Below, one piece after another: positions 30,511 to 39,888 of a stretch of DNA of 64,000 nucleotides. Each line of letters starts with the position of its first letter. The first letter of the stretch is position 1. The notes beneath the pieces are model-generated. The model searched no databases. It was not told the DNA's origin and saw only the letters and a program-made list of their open reading frames with translations. The position numbers and the translations under genes were made by a program. The stretch comes from a virus. Its lineage: Duplodnaviria; Heunggongvirae; Uroviricota; Caudoviricetes. The DNA lies in the IMG/VR virus record IMGVR_UViG_3300021963_000025, positions 135,670 to 199,669 of that record; one strand, given 5' to 3'.

Positions 30511-32616
30511 ATGAATTTTAATCAATTCCTAAACGAAAATACTTCTTCATTTGGCGGAAGAGCTGGACTTACTAAAGCTGAAACACTTAAAATTGCACAA
30601 AAATTTGCAGATGCCGCTGCTAGCGTTGACCCTGAAAAAGGAAAATGGAGTGTAAATAAAAGAACCTTAGAAGAGGATGGGTTTGACTTAGACTATAATG
30701 ACGAGGAATACGATGGTGGTTCATACAATATCTACAAAAATGGTAATGTTGTAAACATGGCTCTTCGTGAAAATCCAGTTTTAGGTAAAATTACTGACGA
30801 TATTAAAACTATTGCAAAAGGTTTTAAAAAGATGATGGCAAATGAATCAGTTACTAATGAGGCTAAATTAGTTTTAGGTTTATCAACTAACAATTATCCA
30901 GCTGGAACAATTGGTAGATATCGTATAGAATCTTCTGTAATTAACCTAAGAAAAGTTGCCGATTTATCAAAAGACTCATGGAAAAAATATTCAAGAGCAT
31001 TTGCTGACGATGAAATTGGTTTTGAAAAATCAAGTGATAGAAAAGAGGCATTAGACGCTATTCAAAAATCATTTGACAACGGACATAATGATATTAGAGA
31101 GTTTGGTTTAAATGAATCTGTAGTTAACGAAAGAAACATCACAATCAAAAGACAATACACTGATAAAAACCCTGCAGTTACTGTAGGTAAAGCTGCTAAA
31201 ATTCGTAATAGAATGTTAGAGGCTATTAAAGATGGTAAAATTTCTCAAGAGGAATTCGATACAATTCTTAAAGAAATGACAACAGATTCTAAAAGATGGT
31301 TAAGAAGAAATGCTCAATGTTTTAATGTATCTGAAGATGGAATAGCACTATCAAAAACAGGTTCAAGAATCCTTAAAAATGTAATGGTTTCAGAAGCAAC
31401 CACAAAGGCACCAAAGATTTGGGTTCCTGGAGGATTTGATAAAGAAATTTCAAAATACCCAAACCAAAAAATCACAAGAAAAATTGTATTAGATGCTGCA
31501 CTTAAATGGGATGTAGATCCGGAAGATGCAATTAAATACGTTGAATACGCTTGGGTTATTGACTTAGACGAAAATAAAAATAACAACGATATGAAAACAA
31601 AATTTATCTACGAATCTTTCCAAGAATTTGTTGAAAACAAACTAAATGAAGGTACCTTAAATGAGGCATTTAAAAGTGCTAAATTGGCTAACCTTTTTTC
31701 AGTAGGAAGTGCTAGCACTAAAAACTTAGCAGGAGCTTTCTATAATTTCTCAAAATTAGCGATTGACAAAATCGAAGATTATGACATTATTGAAATGGAA
31801 CCTCAAGCTGCACGTAAAGAAAAAAGAGCAAACGCTGTTTATTTTTATGTAGTAAATAACCAAAAAGTAAATCCATACGCTGAAACTAGTAACCCATCTA
31901 CTTGGAATAATGGACTTATTCAGTCAAATACTCTATTAGCAATAACTAATGGTCAAAATGAATGGTACTCAACAGCATACAATAGATATTCAGGAGGTTC
32001 TGAAACTTTGAAACTCGCTACTTCAAGAGAAGCTGCCGCAGGATTTGATAAAAGAGACTCTAAAAGATACGATGGTTCAGGAATTACTTCTATCACCAAA
32101 GTTGCAGAATTAGCCGATATCGCTTACGTTATTGACTTAGACGTTCTTAGAGCAAGATATTCTACACAATCTTTAACATTTAAAAGATCTGAAGATAAAC
32201 GTGGAGCTACTGCTTTCCAAAGCGACAAAGACTTTAAAGCGGCGAACAAAGCACGTTATAACGAAATCTTAGCGCAAAAAGCAGCTGCAATGCCAATTGA
32301 TGCTGTAGTATTAGGAGCTATTGATACTCTTGCTACTCAAATTAAAGATGCTCTAACTACAGGAGAAAAAGGAAGATATGGAGAACTTATTGTTGGATTA
32401 GACCCTAAAGGTAGAGAAATCAAAATGAGCGATGCTTCTAACTTAATGAGAAACATTTTGGACGAGTATAACAGATACGTTGGATATGTTGTTCAAAGTG
32501 AAAGTGAAGAAAAAGCTGGATATAGTTCAAAATTCTACGAAAGTAGATTAAAAGAAAGCGCTAAAACAATCACTGACTACGTTAAGAAAGTAGAGGCTAA
32601 AAATTACGCTTGGTAA
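30511..32616 (+). CDS. Modular CTS-tagged internal head protein
   Basis: MNFNQFLNE; linkers NESVTNEA, NESVVNER, LNEGTLNEA; second tag MKTKFIYESFQEFVE at 31591. Confidence 0.6.
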   Translation: MNFNQFLNENTSSFGGRAGLTKAETLKIAQKFADAAASVDPEKGKWSVNKRTLEEDGFDLDYNDEEYDGGSYNIYKNGNVVNMALRENPVLGKITDDIKTIAKGFKKMMANESVTNEAKLVLGLSTNNYPAGTIGRYRIESSVINLRKVADLSKDSWKKYSRAFADDEIGFEKSSDRKEALDAIQKSFDNGHNDIREFGLNESVVNERNITIKRQYTDKNPAVTVGKAAKIRNRMLEAIKDGKISQEEFDTILKEMTTDSKRWLRRNAQCFNVSEDGIALSKTGSRILKNVMVSEATTKAPKIWVPGGFDKEISKYPNQKITRKIVLDAALKWDVDPEDAIKYVEYAWVIDLDENKNNNDMKTKFIYESFQEFVENKLNEGTLNEAFKSAKLANLFSVGSASTKNLAGAFYNFSKLAIDKIEDYDIIEMEPQAARKEKRANAVYFYVVNNQKVNPYAETSNPSTWNNGLIQSNTLLAITNGQNEWYSTAYNRYSGGSETLKLATSREAAAGFDKRDSKRYDGSGITSITKVAELADIAYVIDLDVLRARYSTQSLTFKRSEDKRGATAFQSDKDFKAANKARYNEILAQKAAAMPIDAVVLGAIDTLATQIKDALTTGEKGRYGELIVGLDPKGREIKMSDASNLMRNILDEYNRYVGYVVQSESEEKAGYSSKFYESRLKESAKTITDYVKKVEAKNYAW

Positions 32617-32617
32617 G

Positions 32618-33058
32618 ATGAAACACATTAAACTATATGAAGAGTTTGTAAATGAGGCTACTAATGAAATTACATTAAATGACTCTGAAGTAGATACAAT
32701 TTTTAATGAAATTGTCAGACTTACAAATATTGCAAAAGAGAGAGGATATGTTCCTGGCGTAGTTGCAGCTGGTGCTATTAAAACACCTAGTTCAAACGAT
32801 TCTATGGTAGATGCTTCTGGTGAATTTGGAGAAAATCCAAATAACAAAAAATTTAAGATTTCAAATATTACCGCAAATAATTTTCAGATACTTGCAACTA
32901 TTACATCAACAGACGGAAAACTAGTATGTTACATTACCTTTCCTTATGATGTTAAAAAGAAATCTATTTGGTCAAAAGAAGTAAACATGCGTTTTTATAA
33001 CGGAAAAGAGTCTGATTTTTCAAAAGTTAAAAGAAATCACGAAACAATAGTATATTAA
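32618..33058 (+). CDS. CTS-tagged hypothetical protein
   Basis: MKHIKLYEEFVNE. Confidence 0.65.
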   Translation: MKHIKLYEEFVNEATNEITLNDSEVDTIFNEIVRLTNIAKERGYVPGVVAAGAIKTPSSNDSMVDASGEFGENPNNKKFKISNITANNFQILATITSTDGKLVCYITFPYDVKKKSIWSKEVNMRFYNGKESDFSKVKRNHETIVY

Positions 33059-33059
33059 A

Positions 33060-33569
33060 ATGAAACACATACCTACATTCGAAAGTTTTGTTAATGAATC
33101 CCTAAATGAAGCCTGGGGAATGGATGACATTGTAAAAATCCATTTTGAAACTGACCCTGATAAACAAGAGGAGCTTAAAAGAGCCTATGGTAAAAAAACC
33201 GGTGCAATGTCACGTACTAGTCAAATCGAGGCTGCTGATTATGCATTGGCTAAATATAGAAGACAAATTGGTTATGACAATGGTAAGTCAGGTAGCGCAG
33301 GTTTAACTGACGTATTTATTCCAAGTTCATCAATGGCCGCATTTTCTACAGTAGGTAATGGACCACATTCTAAGCCTAAAAAATGGAACCAAAAGGAATA
33401 CAACAAATGGATTAAAGATATGGCTGGAGACGGTGGAGCTAACCATGCATATGATATGGCACAAAATGCTAAATTTGAACCAGGACTTATTGATTGGGTT
33501 AAGAGAAATGTAGCTTATGGTGAAAAACCATTAGACAGAATTCAATGGGACATCGAAGCCTATTCATAA
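33060..33569 (+). CDS. CTS-tagged hypothetical protein
   Basis: MKHIPTFESFVNESLNEA. Confidence 0.65.
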   Translation: MKHIPTFESFVNESLNEAWGMDDIVKIHFETDPDKQEELKRAYGKKTGAMSRTSQIEAADYALAKYRRQIGYDNGKSGSAGLTDVFIPSSSMAAFSTVGNGPHSKPKKWNQKEYNKWIKDMAGDGGANHAYDMAQNAKFEPGLIDWVKRNVAYGEKPLDRIQWDIEAYS

Positions 33570-33582
33570 TAAGATAACCAAT

Positions 33583-34119
33583 ATGAAATACATAAAACTA
33601 TACGAAGACTTCGTAAATGAAAAAGCATACCGATTAACTGGACCTTATGCCTCTAAAGGTATTATTGGTAAAGTTATGCAGGCCTTTAAAAAAGAAATTG
33701 AAAAAGTTACTTTTGAAGGAGAAGTCAAAGATACTTTAGAACAAGTTAATGGCGCTTGGGGAGATTTTAGTAAAGATGCCCAAAAAATCATTTTAGCCGA
33801 AGTTCAAAAGGCAGTAAAAGACATGGACCAAGTTGTCTATGTTCATGTTCAAGGATTAAACAAAACATGGGAGCCAGACACAGTCAATCAATTAAATAGA
33901 GACGGTGCACCATTACATATTTCAATTCTTGGAGACTTTGTAATTAATGTTGGTTTCATGGATGATGTTGATGGTAACAAATTTAAGAATAAATTAGGAG
34001 GTATGTTAAATACCGCAATTGCAGGTGGAGAAGACATTTATGGTACTTTTGACGCTGAAATTGGAGAAAATAACGTTGAAATCAGAGGTTCTGAGATTAT
34101 TCAAATAGACGAAAAATAA
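33583..34119 (+). CDS. CTS-tagged hypothetical protein
   Basis: MKYIKLYEDFVNE. Confidence 0.65.
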   Translation: MKYIKLYEDFVNEKAYRLTGPYASKGIIGKVMQAFKKEIEKVTFEGEVKDTLEQVNGAWGDFSKDAQKIILAEVQKAVKDMDQVVYVHVQGLNKTWEPDTVNQLNRDGAPLHISILGDFVINVGFMDDVDGNKFKNKLGGMLNTAIAGGEDIYGTFDAEIGENNVEIRGSEIIQIDEK

Positions 34120-34120
34120 T

Positions 34121-34669
34121 ATGCCAAGTACAAGTAAAGCTCAACAACAACTTATGGGTATGGCCTACGCTCTTAAAAAAGGAGATATGGACCCAAAAGA
34201 CGCAAGTCAAGAGGTTAAAGACCTAGCAGATTCTATGACACTTCAACAGTTGAAGGATTTTGCAAGCACAAAACATGAAGGACTACCTGACCATGTTAAA
34301 GAAGGTGAAGACCATGAGGTTGGAATGGCAATGAGTCAACTTAATGCAATTTCAAAAGCAGTTGGAGAATTACTTCAAAAAATTGGAAGAGAGGAAAAGG
34401 ACCTACCAGGCTGGCTACAGGACCATATTTCACAGTCTTATAATTATATTAAACAGGCTAATGATGGTTACCATGAACTAGATGAGATGGTTTCTCCTGA
34501 TAGTATTGGAGGAATGGGAGCAACTGCTCTACCTTCACCAACATCAGTAGGTTCTGGAGACGTTCCAAAAGGTTCTGGAGATGCCAAAGAGGAAGAGGAA
34601 GAGGAAAAGAAGAGACGTAAAGAATTCTTAAAAAAGTTTAAATCTTTTGAAGAGTTTACAAGCAAATAA
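34121..34669 (+). CDS. DUF3008-like protein with C-terminal tag
   Basis: MPSTSKAQQQLMGMAYA...LKDFASTKHEGLP; ends KKFKSFEEFTSK. Confidence 0.55.
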   Translation: MPSTSKAQQQLMGMAYALKKGDMDPKDASQEVKDLADSMTLQQLKDFASTKHEGLPDHVKEGEDHEVGMAMSQLNAISKAVGELLQKIGREEKDLPGWLQDHISQSYNYIKQANDGYHELDEMVSPDSIGGMGATALPSPTSVGSGDVPKGSGDAKEEEEEEKKRRKEFLKKFKSFEEFTSK

Positions 34670-34675
34670 TAAAAA

Positions 34676-34705
34676 TTGAAACAATATTTAAAACCTCAGT
34701 ATAAC
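34676..34705 (+). promoter_or_regulatory. TTGAAAC-N17-TATAAC promoter-like element
   Basis: Read directly. Confidence 0.6.
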
Positions 34706-34720
34706 TACTGAGGTTTTTTT
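34690..34720 (+). terminator. Rho-independent terminator
   Basis: AAAACCTCAGTA/TACTGAGGTTTT stem plus T-run. Confidence 0.75.
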
Positions 34721-34729
34721 AATTTAACA

Positions 34730-34987
34730 ATGATGCAATATTTTTTTAAACCAGACAATTTTGAAAGATGGTCAGAGCTGGCTACCGAAAAGATAAATAG
34801 TACAATTGAGTCGTGTACTAATCTGAGGCACCTAGAATCAGCTAAACGAATGATAGACACATTCATAATGATTACTGCTCTCGAGGACAATATTGAAACA
34901 GAGGAACTAGAATGGATTATAAATTTATATTGGTTAAAAATAAATTTAAAAAAACAAAATATTTTTGAAACAAAATTAAAACAATAA
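34730..34987 (+). CDS. Hypothetical protein
   Basis: 85-aa ORF behind a promoter motif; IESCTNLRHLESAKRMIDTF. Confidence 0.55.
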   Translation: MMQYFFKPDNFERWSELATEKINSTIESCTNLRHLESAKRMIDTFIMITALEDNIETEELEWIINLYWLKINLKKQNIFETKLKQ

Positions 34988-34994
34988 GTATAAA
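34965..34994 (+). promoter_or_regulatory. TTGAAAC-N17-TATAAA promoter-like element
   Basis: Directly upstream of the TROVE-like gene. Confidence 0.6.
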
Positions 34995-35018
34995 TTAAGA
35001 ACTTAAAAATAAATTAAA

Positions 35019-36455
35019 ATGGAATTCTTAGACGCATTAAGACAAGAAGATATGGTAACTGAAAACGGAATGGCAACTAATTCGACATCGTTGAATGCTT
35101 GCGTTGACCTTTTCTTTAACATTGGAGCAATGAGAGGACAAGACAAACAACGTTTGATTGCAACCTTCTCTAAAGCATTCAATGAAGATCCGAAGCGTGC
35201 TATGAAACTCCTTTTTTGGGCTAGAGATGTTCGAGGTGGAGCTGGAGAACGTCAAGTTTTCAAGGACATTTTAGTTTATTTGGCAGAAAACCATGATTTG
35301 GTACTTAGACCAAATTTACACTTAATTCCTGAGTATGGTCGTTGGGATGACTTATTAGTCCTTGTAGGAACTTACTTAGAGAAAGAAGCAATGACCCTAA
35401 TCTCTGACGCATTAATCAACGAAAATGGTTTATGTGCAAAATGGATGCCACGTAAAGGTGCAGTAGCTGAAAAGTTACGTAAATTTACTGGAATGTCGCC
35501 AAAACAATACAGAAAATCTCTTGTAGGTTTAACAAACGTAGTTGAAACTAAGATGTGTGCTAAAGATTGGAATTCTATCGATTTCGGTAAATTACCATCT
35601 GTCGCTTCAGCAAGATACCAAAAAGCCTTTGGTAAAAATGCATACGAAAGTTATTCAGCCTATATTGCTTCTCTTGTAAAAGGTGAGGCTAAAATTAATG
35701 CAGGTGCAGTTTACCCATACGACGTGACTAAGTCTCTAAACTATGGAAACTCAAGCGTAGCAAACGAACAATGGAAAGCTCTTCCAAACTATATGGAAGG
35801 CGCAAACGATATGATTTTACCAGTGGTTGATGTCTCAGGTTCTATGTCTTGCCCAGCAGGCGGTAGTAAATCTGTAACATGTATGGATGTTGCAATCTCG
35901 TTAGGTCTTTATATTTCTGAAAGAAATGAAGGTCCTTTCAAAGATGCATTCATTACTTTCTCAAGTAAACCACAGTTGCAAGTATTAAGTGGCTCATTGA
36001 ACGATCGCTACACACAGATGTCAAACTCTGATTGGGGAATGTCAACGGATCTTGAGGCGACCTTCAAATTGATTTTAGATCAGGCCACTAAGCATAAACT
36101 ATCGCAAGATAAAATGCCAAATAAAATCCTAATCCTATCAGATATGGAATTTAATGCAGCAGTTTATTCTGGAGGTTATAGTACTAGACTTAAAGGTGGA
36201 ACGTGGAATCCAACTGCTCAGCAAATGATTGAGCAAATGTATGCTGACGCAGGTTACAAAGTACCTCAAATTGTTTACTGGAATATTCAATCCCGAAATG
36301 GAGGAGTACCGGTTGCATTTGATACTCAAGGAACTGCATTAGTTTCAGGATTCTCTCCAGCAATTATGACTAGTTTACTTGGAGGAGATATTGAATCTCC
36401 ACAACAAATCATGGACAAAACAATTTTGAGTGAGAGATACGCTCCAGTTGTTTAA
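35019..36455 (+). CDS. TROVE/Ro60-related vWA protein (DUF2828-like)
   Basis: TENG, LFWARDVRGGAGER, YGRWDDL, AKWMPR, MIDAS VDVSGSM, ILSDMEF, YWN, VSGFSP. Confidence 0.85.
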   Translation: MEFLDALRQEDMVTENGMATNSTSLNACVDLFFNIGAMRGQDKQRLIATFSKAFNEDPKRAMKLLFWARDVRGGAGERQVFKDILVYLAENHDLVLRPNLHLIPEYGRWDDLLVLVGTYLEKEAMTLISDALINENGLCAKWMPRKGAVAEKLRKFTGMSPKQYRKSLVGLTNVVETKMCAKDWNSIDFGKLPSVASARYQKAFGKNAYESYSAYIASLVKGEAKINAGAVYPYDVTKSLNYGNSSVANEQWKALPNYMEGANDMILPVVDVSGSMSCPAGGSKSVTCMDVAISLGLYISERNEGPFKDAFITFSSKPQLQVLSGSLNDRYTQMSNSDWGMSTDLEATFKLILDQATKHKLSQDKMPNKILILSDMEFNAAVYSGGYSTRLKGGTWNPTAQQMIEQMYADAGYKVPQIVYWNIQSRNGGVPVAFDTQGTALVSGFSPAIMTSLLGGDIESPQQIMDKTILSERYAPVV

Positions 36456-36482
36456 GATATATAAAAGAAATATATCTCAAAG

Positions 36483-36803
36483 ATGAAACACATCAAATTA
36501 TTCGAAGACTTTGTAACTGAAGGTTCGGTTTGGAAAACAAGAGATGGTTTAGGAATTAATCAAATAAGCTCTAAATCTATTAACTCTGAAATTAAAAAAA
36601 TTATCAAAGCCCAAAATACAATTGAAGGTGAAGATGGTAAAATTTTAACAGACCTTGATGGAAACGTTGTTTTCTTTGAAGTTCCTACTGTTGGAGAAGA
36701 TGTTGCTTCTGAATTAGGTGGAAAAACAGTATCTAAAATAACAACAAAAGATGGTTTATCAAATGCTGCCTCTTCAAGAGGTGGAGTAATGGTAATTATC
36801 TAA
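36483..36803 (+). CDS. CTS-tagged small protein
   Basis: MKHIKLFEDFVTE; GATATATA at 36456-36463. Confidence 0.65.
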   Translation: MKHIKLFEDFVTEGSVWKTRDGLGINQISSKSINSEIKKIIKAQNTIEGEDGKILTDLDGNVVFFEVPTVGEDVASELGGKTVSKITTKDGLSNAASSRGGVMVII

Positions 36804-36810
36804 AAATAAT

Positions 36811-36867
36811 TGGTTCCTTACAGCAATCCATACAAGCAATTTATAAACTACGCAAACATTGGAACCA
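36811..36867 (+). ncRNA. Candidate small RNA 1 (stem-closed, TACAGCAA)
   Basis: TGGTTCC (36811-17) pairs with GGAACCA (36861-67); TACAGCAA follows the 5' arm. Confidence 0.5.
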
Positions 36868-36869
36868 GG

Positions 36870-37108
36870 CGGATCGGTACAGCAAAAAGTACACAAACAG
36901 CTATGATAGCCAGAAGTATTACAGAGATAGTATCAAGTATAACAGGCAAATGGAGATTCAACCAGGATAAAAAAAGGATAAACGTCATACCACCCCAATA
37001 GGTGATAAGTAGGATGGGTCGAAGTTTAGTAGACGCTCGCGAAAATCAAAGCCGAAGACGTTAAACAGGGTTATTCCGCCGGGAAGAAAATCACGAAAAA
37101 CGATCCCG
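36870..37108 (+). ncRNA. Candidate ~240-nt structured RNA 2 (stem-closed, TACAGCAA)
   Basis: GGATCG (36871-76) pairs with CGATCC (37101-06); TACAGCAA at 36878; inner helices AACGTC/GACGTT, CACC/GGTG, GCTA/TAGC; GC-richer than other intergenic DNA. Confidence 0.5.
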
Positions 37109-37117
37109 TAATAATTT

Positions 37118-37162
37118 AATCCTGACAAAATTGTTAATAACTTTTTTAGTCAGGATTTTTTT
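37118..37162 (+). terminator. Terminator-like inverted repeat
   Basis: AATCCTGAC/GTCAGGATT plus T-run; long loop. Confidence 0.55.
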
Positions 37163-37252
37163 ATGTCGTTTTTTTGTATTATATTTACATATCAAATTAA
37201 AGTGCGCAAAAAACAAAACCAATATATAACATATAATACTTAAAAGAAACTT

Positions 37253-37546
37253 ATGAATATTTTAGATGAAGCAAGCGGAATAGTTAATAACCGCTCAGAA
37301 GAAGCAGACAGACAATATGGTCCTTTCTCAGAAGGCATGGACAGAGCTGCAATGATTTTTAAAGGTATGACCGGACTTGAAGTTACAGGTGAACACATGT
37401 TTAAAGCGCTAGTTGCACTTAAATTCTCTAGAGAATCTTACAATCACAAGCGTGATAACTTATTAGATGCAGTTGCATATATCCAAGGATTAGACAACTA
37501 TATTGAAGAAAACAAGAACGATATCGATGATGCATTCAATGGTTAA
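37253..37546 (+). CDS. DUF6378-like small protein (nucleotide-modification-associated)
   Basis: ILDEASGIV..R....YG...ALKFSRE..NHKRDNLLDAVAY. Confidence 0.6.
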   Translation: MNILDEASGIVNNRSEEADRQYGPFSEGMDRAAMIFKGMTGLEVTGEHMFKALVALKFSRESYNHKRDNLLDAVAYIQGLDNYIEENKNDIDDAFNG

Positions 37547-38588
37547 TATTTATGCAGTTTTAGATTCATTAAAGGGCAAGAAGATCGCAATTGATGATGT
37601 TGTAACTACGTATAGCTCAAAGAAGGCTAGCCATAAAAGTGCATGGGCCTTTCTCCTAGCTAATCAATTGAGGTCTCTCGGATTGAATGTTGAAGTACTT
37701 ACCAAGTCAGAAGATATTCACCAATATGATGTTTGGTTAGTAGCACTTCCAATGGAATTCCAAGGGTCTTATAACCTATTTGGTGGAGCCACTGACGAAC
37801 CAGCAGAGCGAATTAAAAGATTCTTAGATTTTGGTGGAACAATATATTGTTTGAATCGAGAAATGCCAGATGTTGGAGCATTCGCACGAAGTCGAATGAA
37901 ATCATGTTCACCTTTATGGGCATCTCTTGATGTTGAAGCACTTACAAAGAAGAGTAAAGAAACCCAAACAATTGAATTGAAATTGGCTTCCGGAACTTTT
38001 GTCTTAGGTGATTCCCATTCAGTTTCAGTATACCATCCCGGCACAAATATCAGCCGAAATGACGGTAAAACCTTATTTGGCGTCCTGAAAGAGGGAATGC
38101 AATTATATATTCCTGAAGGAACTGACCACCTAATCACATACTTTGGAAACATCGATGTTCGTCATCACTTATGTCGACAAGAAAAACCAATTGATGCTGT
38201 TAAAGCACTTGTAAAAAATTACTTTGAACACTTACAATCACTAGGAATTCAAAAGAATACTGTTGTAAAATTGCTGCCTATAGAATTTGAAGGTCGCAGA
38301 ATTCCTAAAACTGGGTACTACAAAGGAACTCCATTTATCGGTACTCAAAGAGAACGGACTCAATTGATGGAAATATTTAACGAAGAGGTTGACAAACTCT
38401 CGGCAATATATAATATGAACGTAATCGAATGGCCGATTCACTGGTACTCAGCAGACCCTCAATACTTTGCCGATACCTATATGGAAAAGCCAGGTTCAGT
38501 TCACCTGTCTAGAGAGTTTTACCAATATGATTTCGAGACGTCCGAAAAAAATGTTGCCCTAAAGAAGACTATCAATACTCTTTTTTGA
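37539..38588 (+). CDS. Protein with C-terminal SGNH/GDSL-like domain
   Basis: VLGDSH, GKTLFG, FGNIDVRHH, SVHL; ATG at 37539 overlaps the upstream stop. Confidence 0.5.
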   Translation: MVNIYAVLDSLKGKKIAIDDVVTTYSSKKASHKSAWAFLLANQLRSLGLNVEVLTKSEDIHQYDVWLVALPMEFQGSYNLFGGATDEPAERIKRFLDFGGTIYCLNREMPDVGAFARSRMKSCSPLWASLDVEALTKKSKETQTIELKLASGTFVLGDSHSVSVYHPGTNISRNDGKTLFGVLKEGMQLYIPEGTDHLITYFGNIDVRHHLCRQEKPIDAVKALVKNYFEHLQSLGIQKNTVVKLLPIEFEGRRIPKTGYYKGTPFIGTQRERTQLMEIFNEEVDKLSAIYNMNVIEWPIHWYSADPQYFADTYMEKPGSVHLSREFYQYDFETSEKNVALKKTINTLF

Positions 38589-38613
38589 AACTTTTTAAAT
38601 AAACCAAGTATAA
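38585..38613 (+). promoter_or_regulatory. TTGAAAC-N17-TATAA promoter-like element
   Basis: Upstream of inositol-3-phosphate synthase. Confidence 0.6.
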
Positions 38614-38639
38614 AAATTATAAATTAAATTTTAAGAAAA

Positions 38640-39827
38640 ATGAACAAAATTAAAGTAGGAATTATTGGAACTGGAAATTGTGCCAAATCATTAGTCGAAG
38701 GTGTACAGTATTACACAGAGAACCCAAATGATATTACTGGGATGATGAAATCCGACATCGGAGGTTACAAAGCAGAAAATATTGAATTTGTTTGTGGATT
38801 CGAAATTGATGAACGTAAAGTTAATCAAACGTTAGGATACGCACTTAAACAAAGACCAAACTCTGCATGGGACATTGTTGATGTTATTCACTCTGAAGCG
38901 CCAGTTTACGAGGCTCCAGTAATTGATGGTTATGCAGCCCTTATGGATAACTATCCAGAACAAAACCGTTTCTTAGTTGATGAAAAATTAAGAAACTCTA
39001 CAGACATGAATCGTACTGATTGGACACCTAAAAAATCACGCGAATGGAAAGACCAAATCATTGCTAAATTAAAAGACCATGGTGTTGAAGTATTGATTAA
39101 CTACTTACCAGTAGGTTCTCAAAAAACAACTGAATTCTGGGCTGAAATTTGTCTTGAAACAGGAATCTCTCTAGTAAACTGTATTCCAGTATTTATTGCC
39201 TCTGACCCAGCTTGGGAGCAAAGATTTATCGATGCTGGTATTCCAATCATCGGAGACGATATGCGTTCTCAATTTGGAGCAAGTATTCTTTCTCAAATGT
39301 TACAAGAACTTGCCTTTGAAAGAGGACATCATGTAAAAGCCCACATCCAAAGAAATGTTGGAGGTAACACAGACTTCTTAAATATGGAAGATAAATCTCG
39401 TCTTGCTTCTAAAAAGATTTCTAAAGAAAACGTTATCCGTGCACAAAATGAAATTCGTGGAATTTCAACTGAAGATTCATTCCTACATGCAGGTCCTTCT
39501 GAGTATATCGCATTCTATGGTGATAACAAAGTTGCTAACTTCCGTTTAGAACTTACAGGATTCGGTGGAGCACCAGTTCTTTTTGATGCTCAATTAAGTG
39601 TACAAGACTCTCCAAACTCAGCTGGAGTAGTAATCGACGCAGTTCGTTATTTAAGAGTTGCAAGAGAATTAGGAGTTGTAGGAGCCTTAAGAGGTCCTTC
39701 AGCGTTCACACAAAAAACTCCACCAGATCAAATGATGTTTGCTGATGCTGTTTATGAGTGTACTGAATTGGCTGCAAGACGCTTAACAGATTCTACAAGA
39801 AAACAGTTAGCTGCTAAAAAAGCCTAA
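38640..39827 (+). CDS. ino1: Inositol-3-phosphate (myo-inositol-1-phosphate) synthase
   Basis: IIGTGNCAKSLVEG, INYLPVGS, NCIPVFIA, IGDDMRSQFGA, NVGGNTDFLNM, SKKISK, DSPNSAGVVIDAVR. Confidence 0.93.
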   Translation: MNKIKVGIIGTGNCAKSLVEGVQYYTENPNDITGMMKSDIGGYKAENIEFVCGFEIDERKVNQTLGYALKQRPNSAWDIVDVIHSEAPVYEAPVIDGYAALMDNYPEQNRFLVDEKLRNSTDMNRTDWTPKKSREWKDQIIAKLKDHGVEVLINYLPVGSQKTTEFWAEICLETGISLVNCIPVFIASDPAWEQRFIDAGIPIIGDDMRSQFGASILSQMLQELAFERGHHVKAHIQRNVGGNTDFLNMEDKSRLASKKISKENVIRAQNEIRGISTEDSFLHAGPSEYIAFYGDNKVANFRLELTGFGGAPVLFDAQLSVQDSPNSAGVVIDAVRYLRVARELGVVGALRGPSAFTQKTPPDQMMFADAVYECTELAARRLTDSTRKQLAAKKA

Positions 39828-39842
39828 CAATTACATTAATCC

Positions 39843-39873
39843 AAAAGGGAGAGAAGCAACTCTCCCTTTTTTT
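39843..39873 (+). terminator. Rho-independent terminator
   Basis: AAAAGGGAGAG/CTCTCCCTTTT plus T-run. Confidence 0.8.
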
Positions 39874-39888
39874 ATCAAAACTTTAAGC

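Noticed and set aside
36810-37001. 63-aa ORF in the track
   Set aside because: TTG start, atypical composition, and it overlaps the paired stems of the ncRNA candidates; more likely non-coding.
36870-37108. tmRNA, tRNA, RNase P or group I intron identity for the long RNA
   Set aside because: No T-arm/CCA end, cloverleaf, or recognisable RNase P or intron core motifs.
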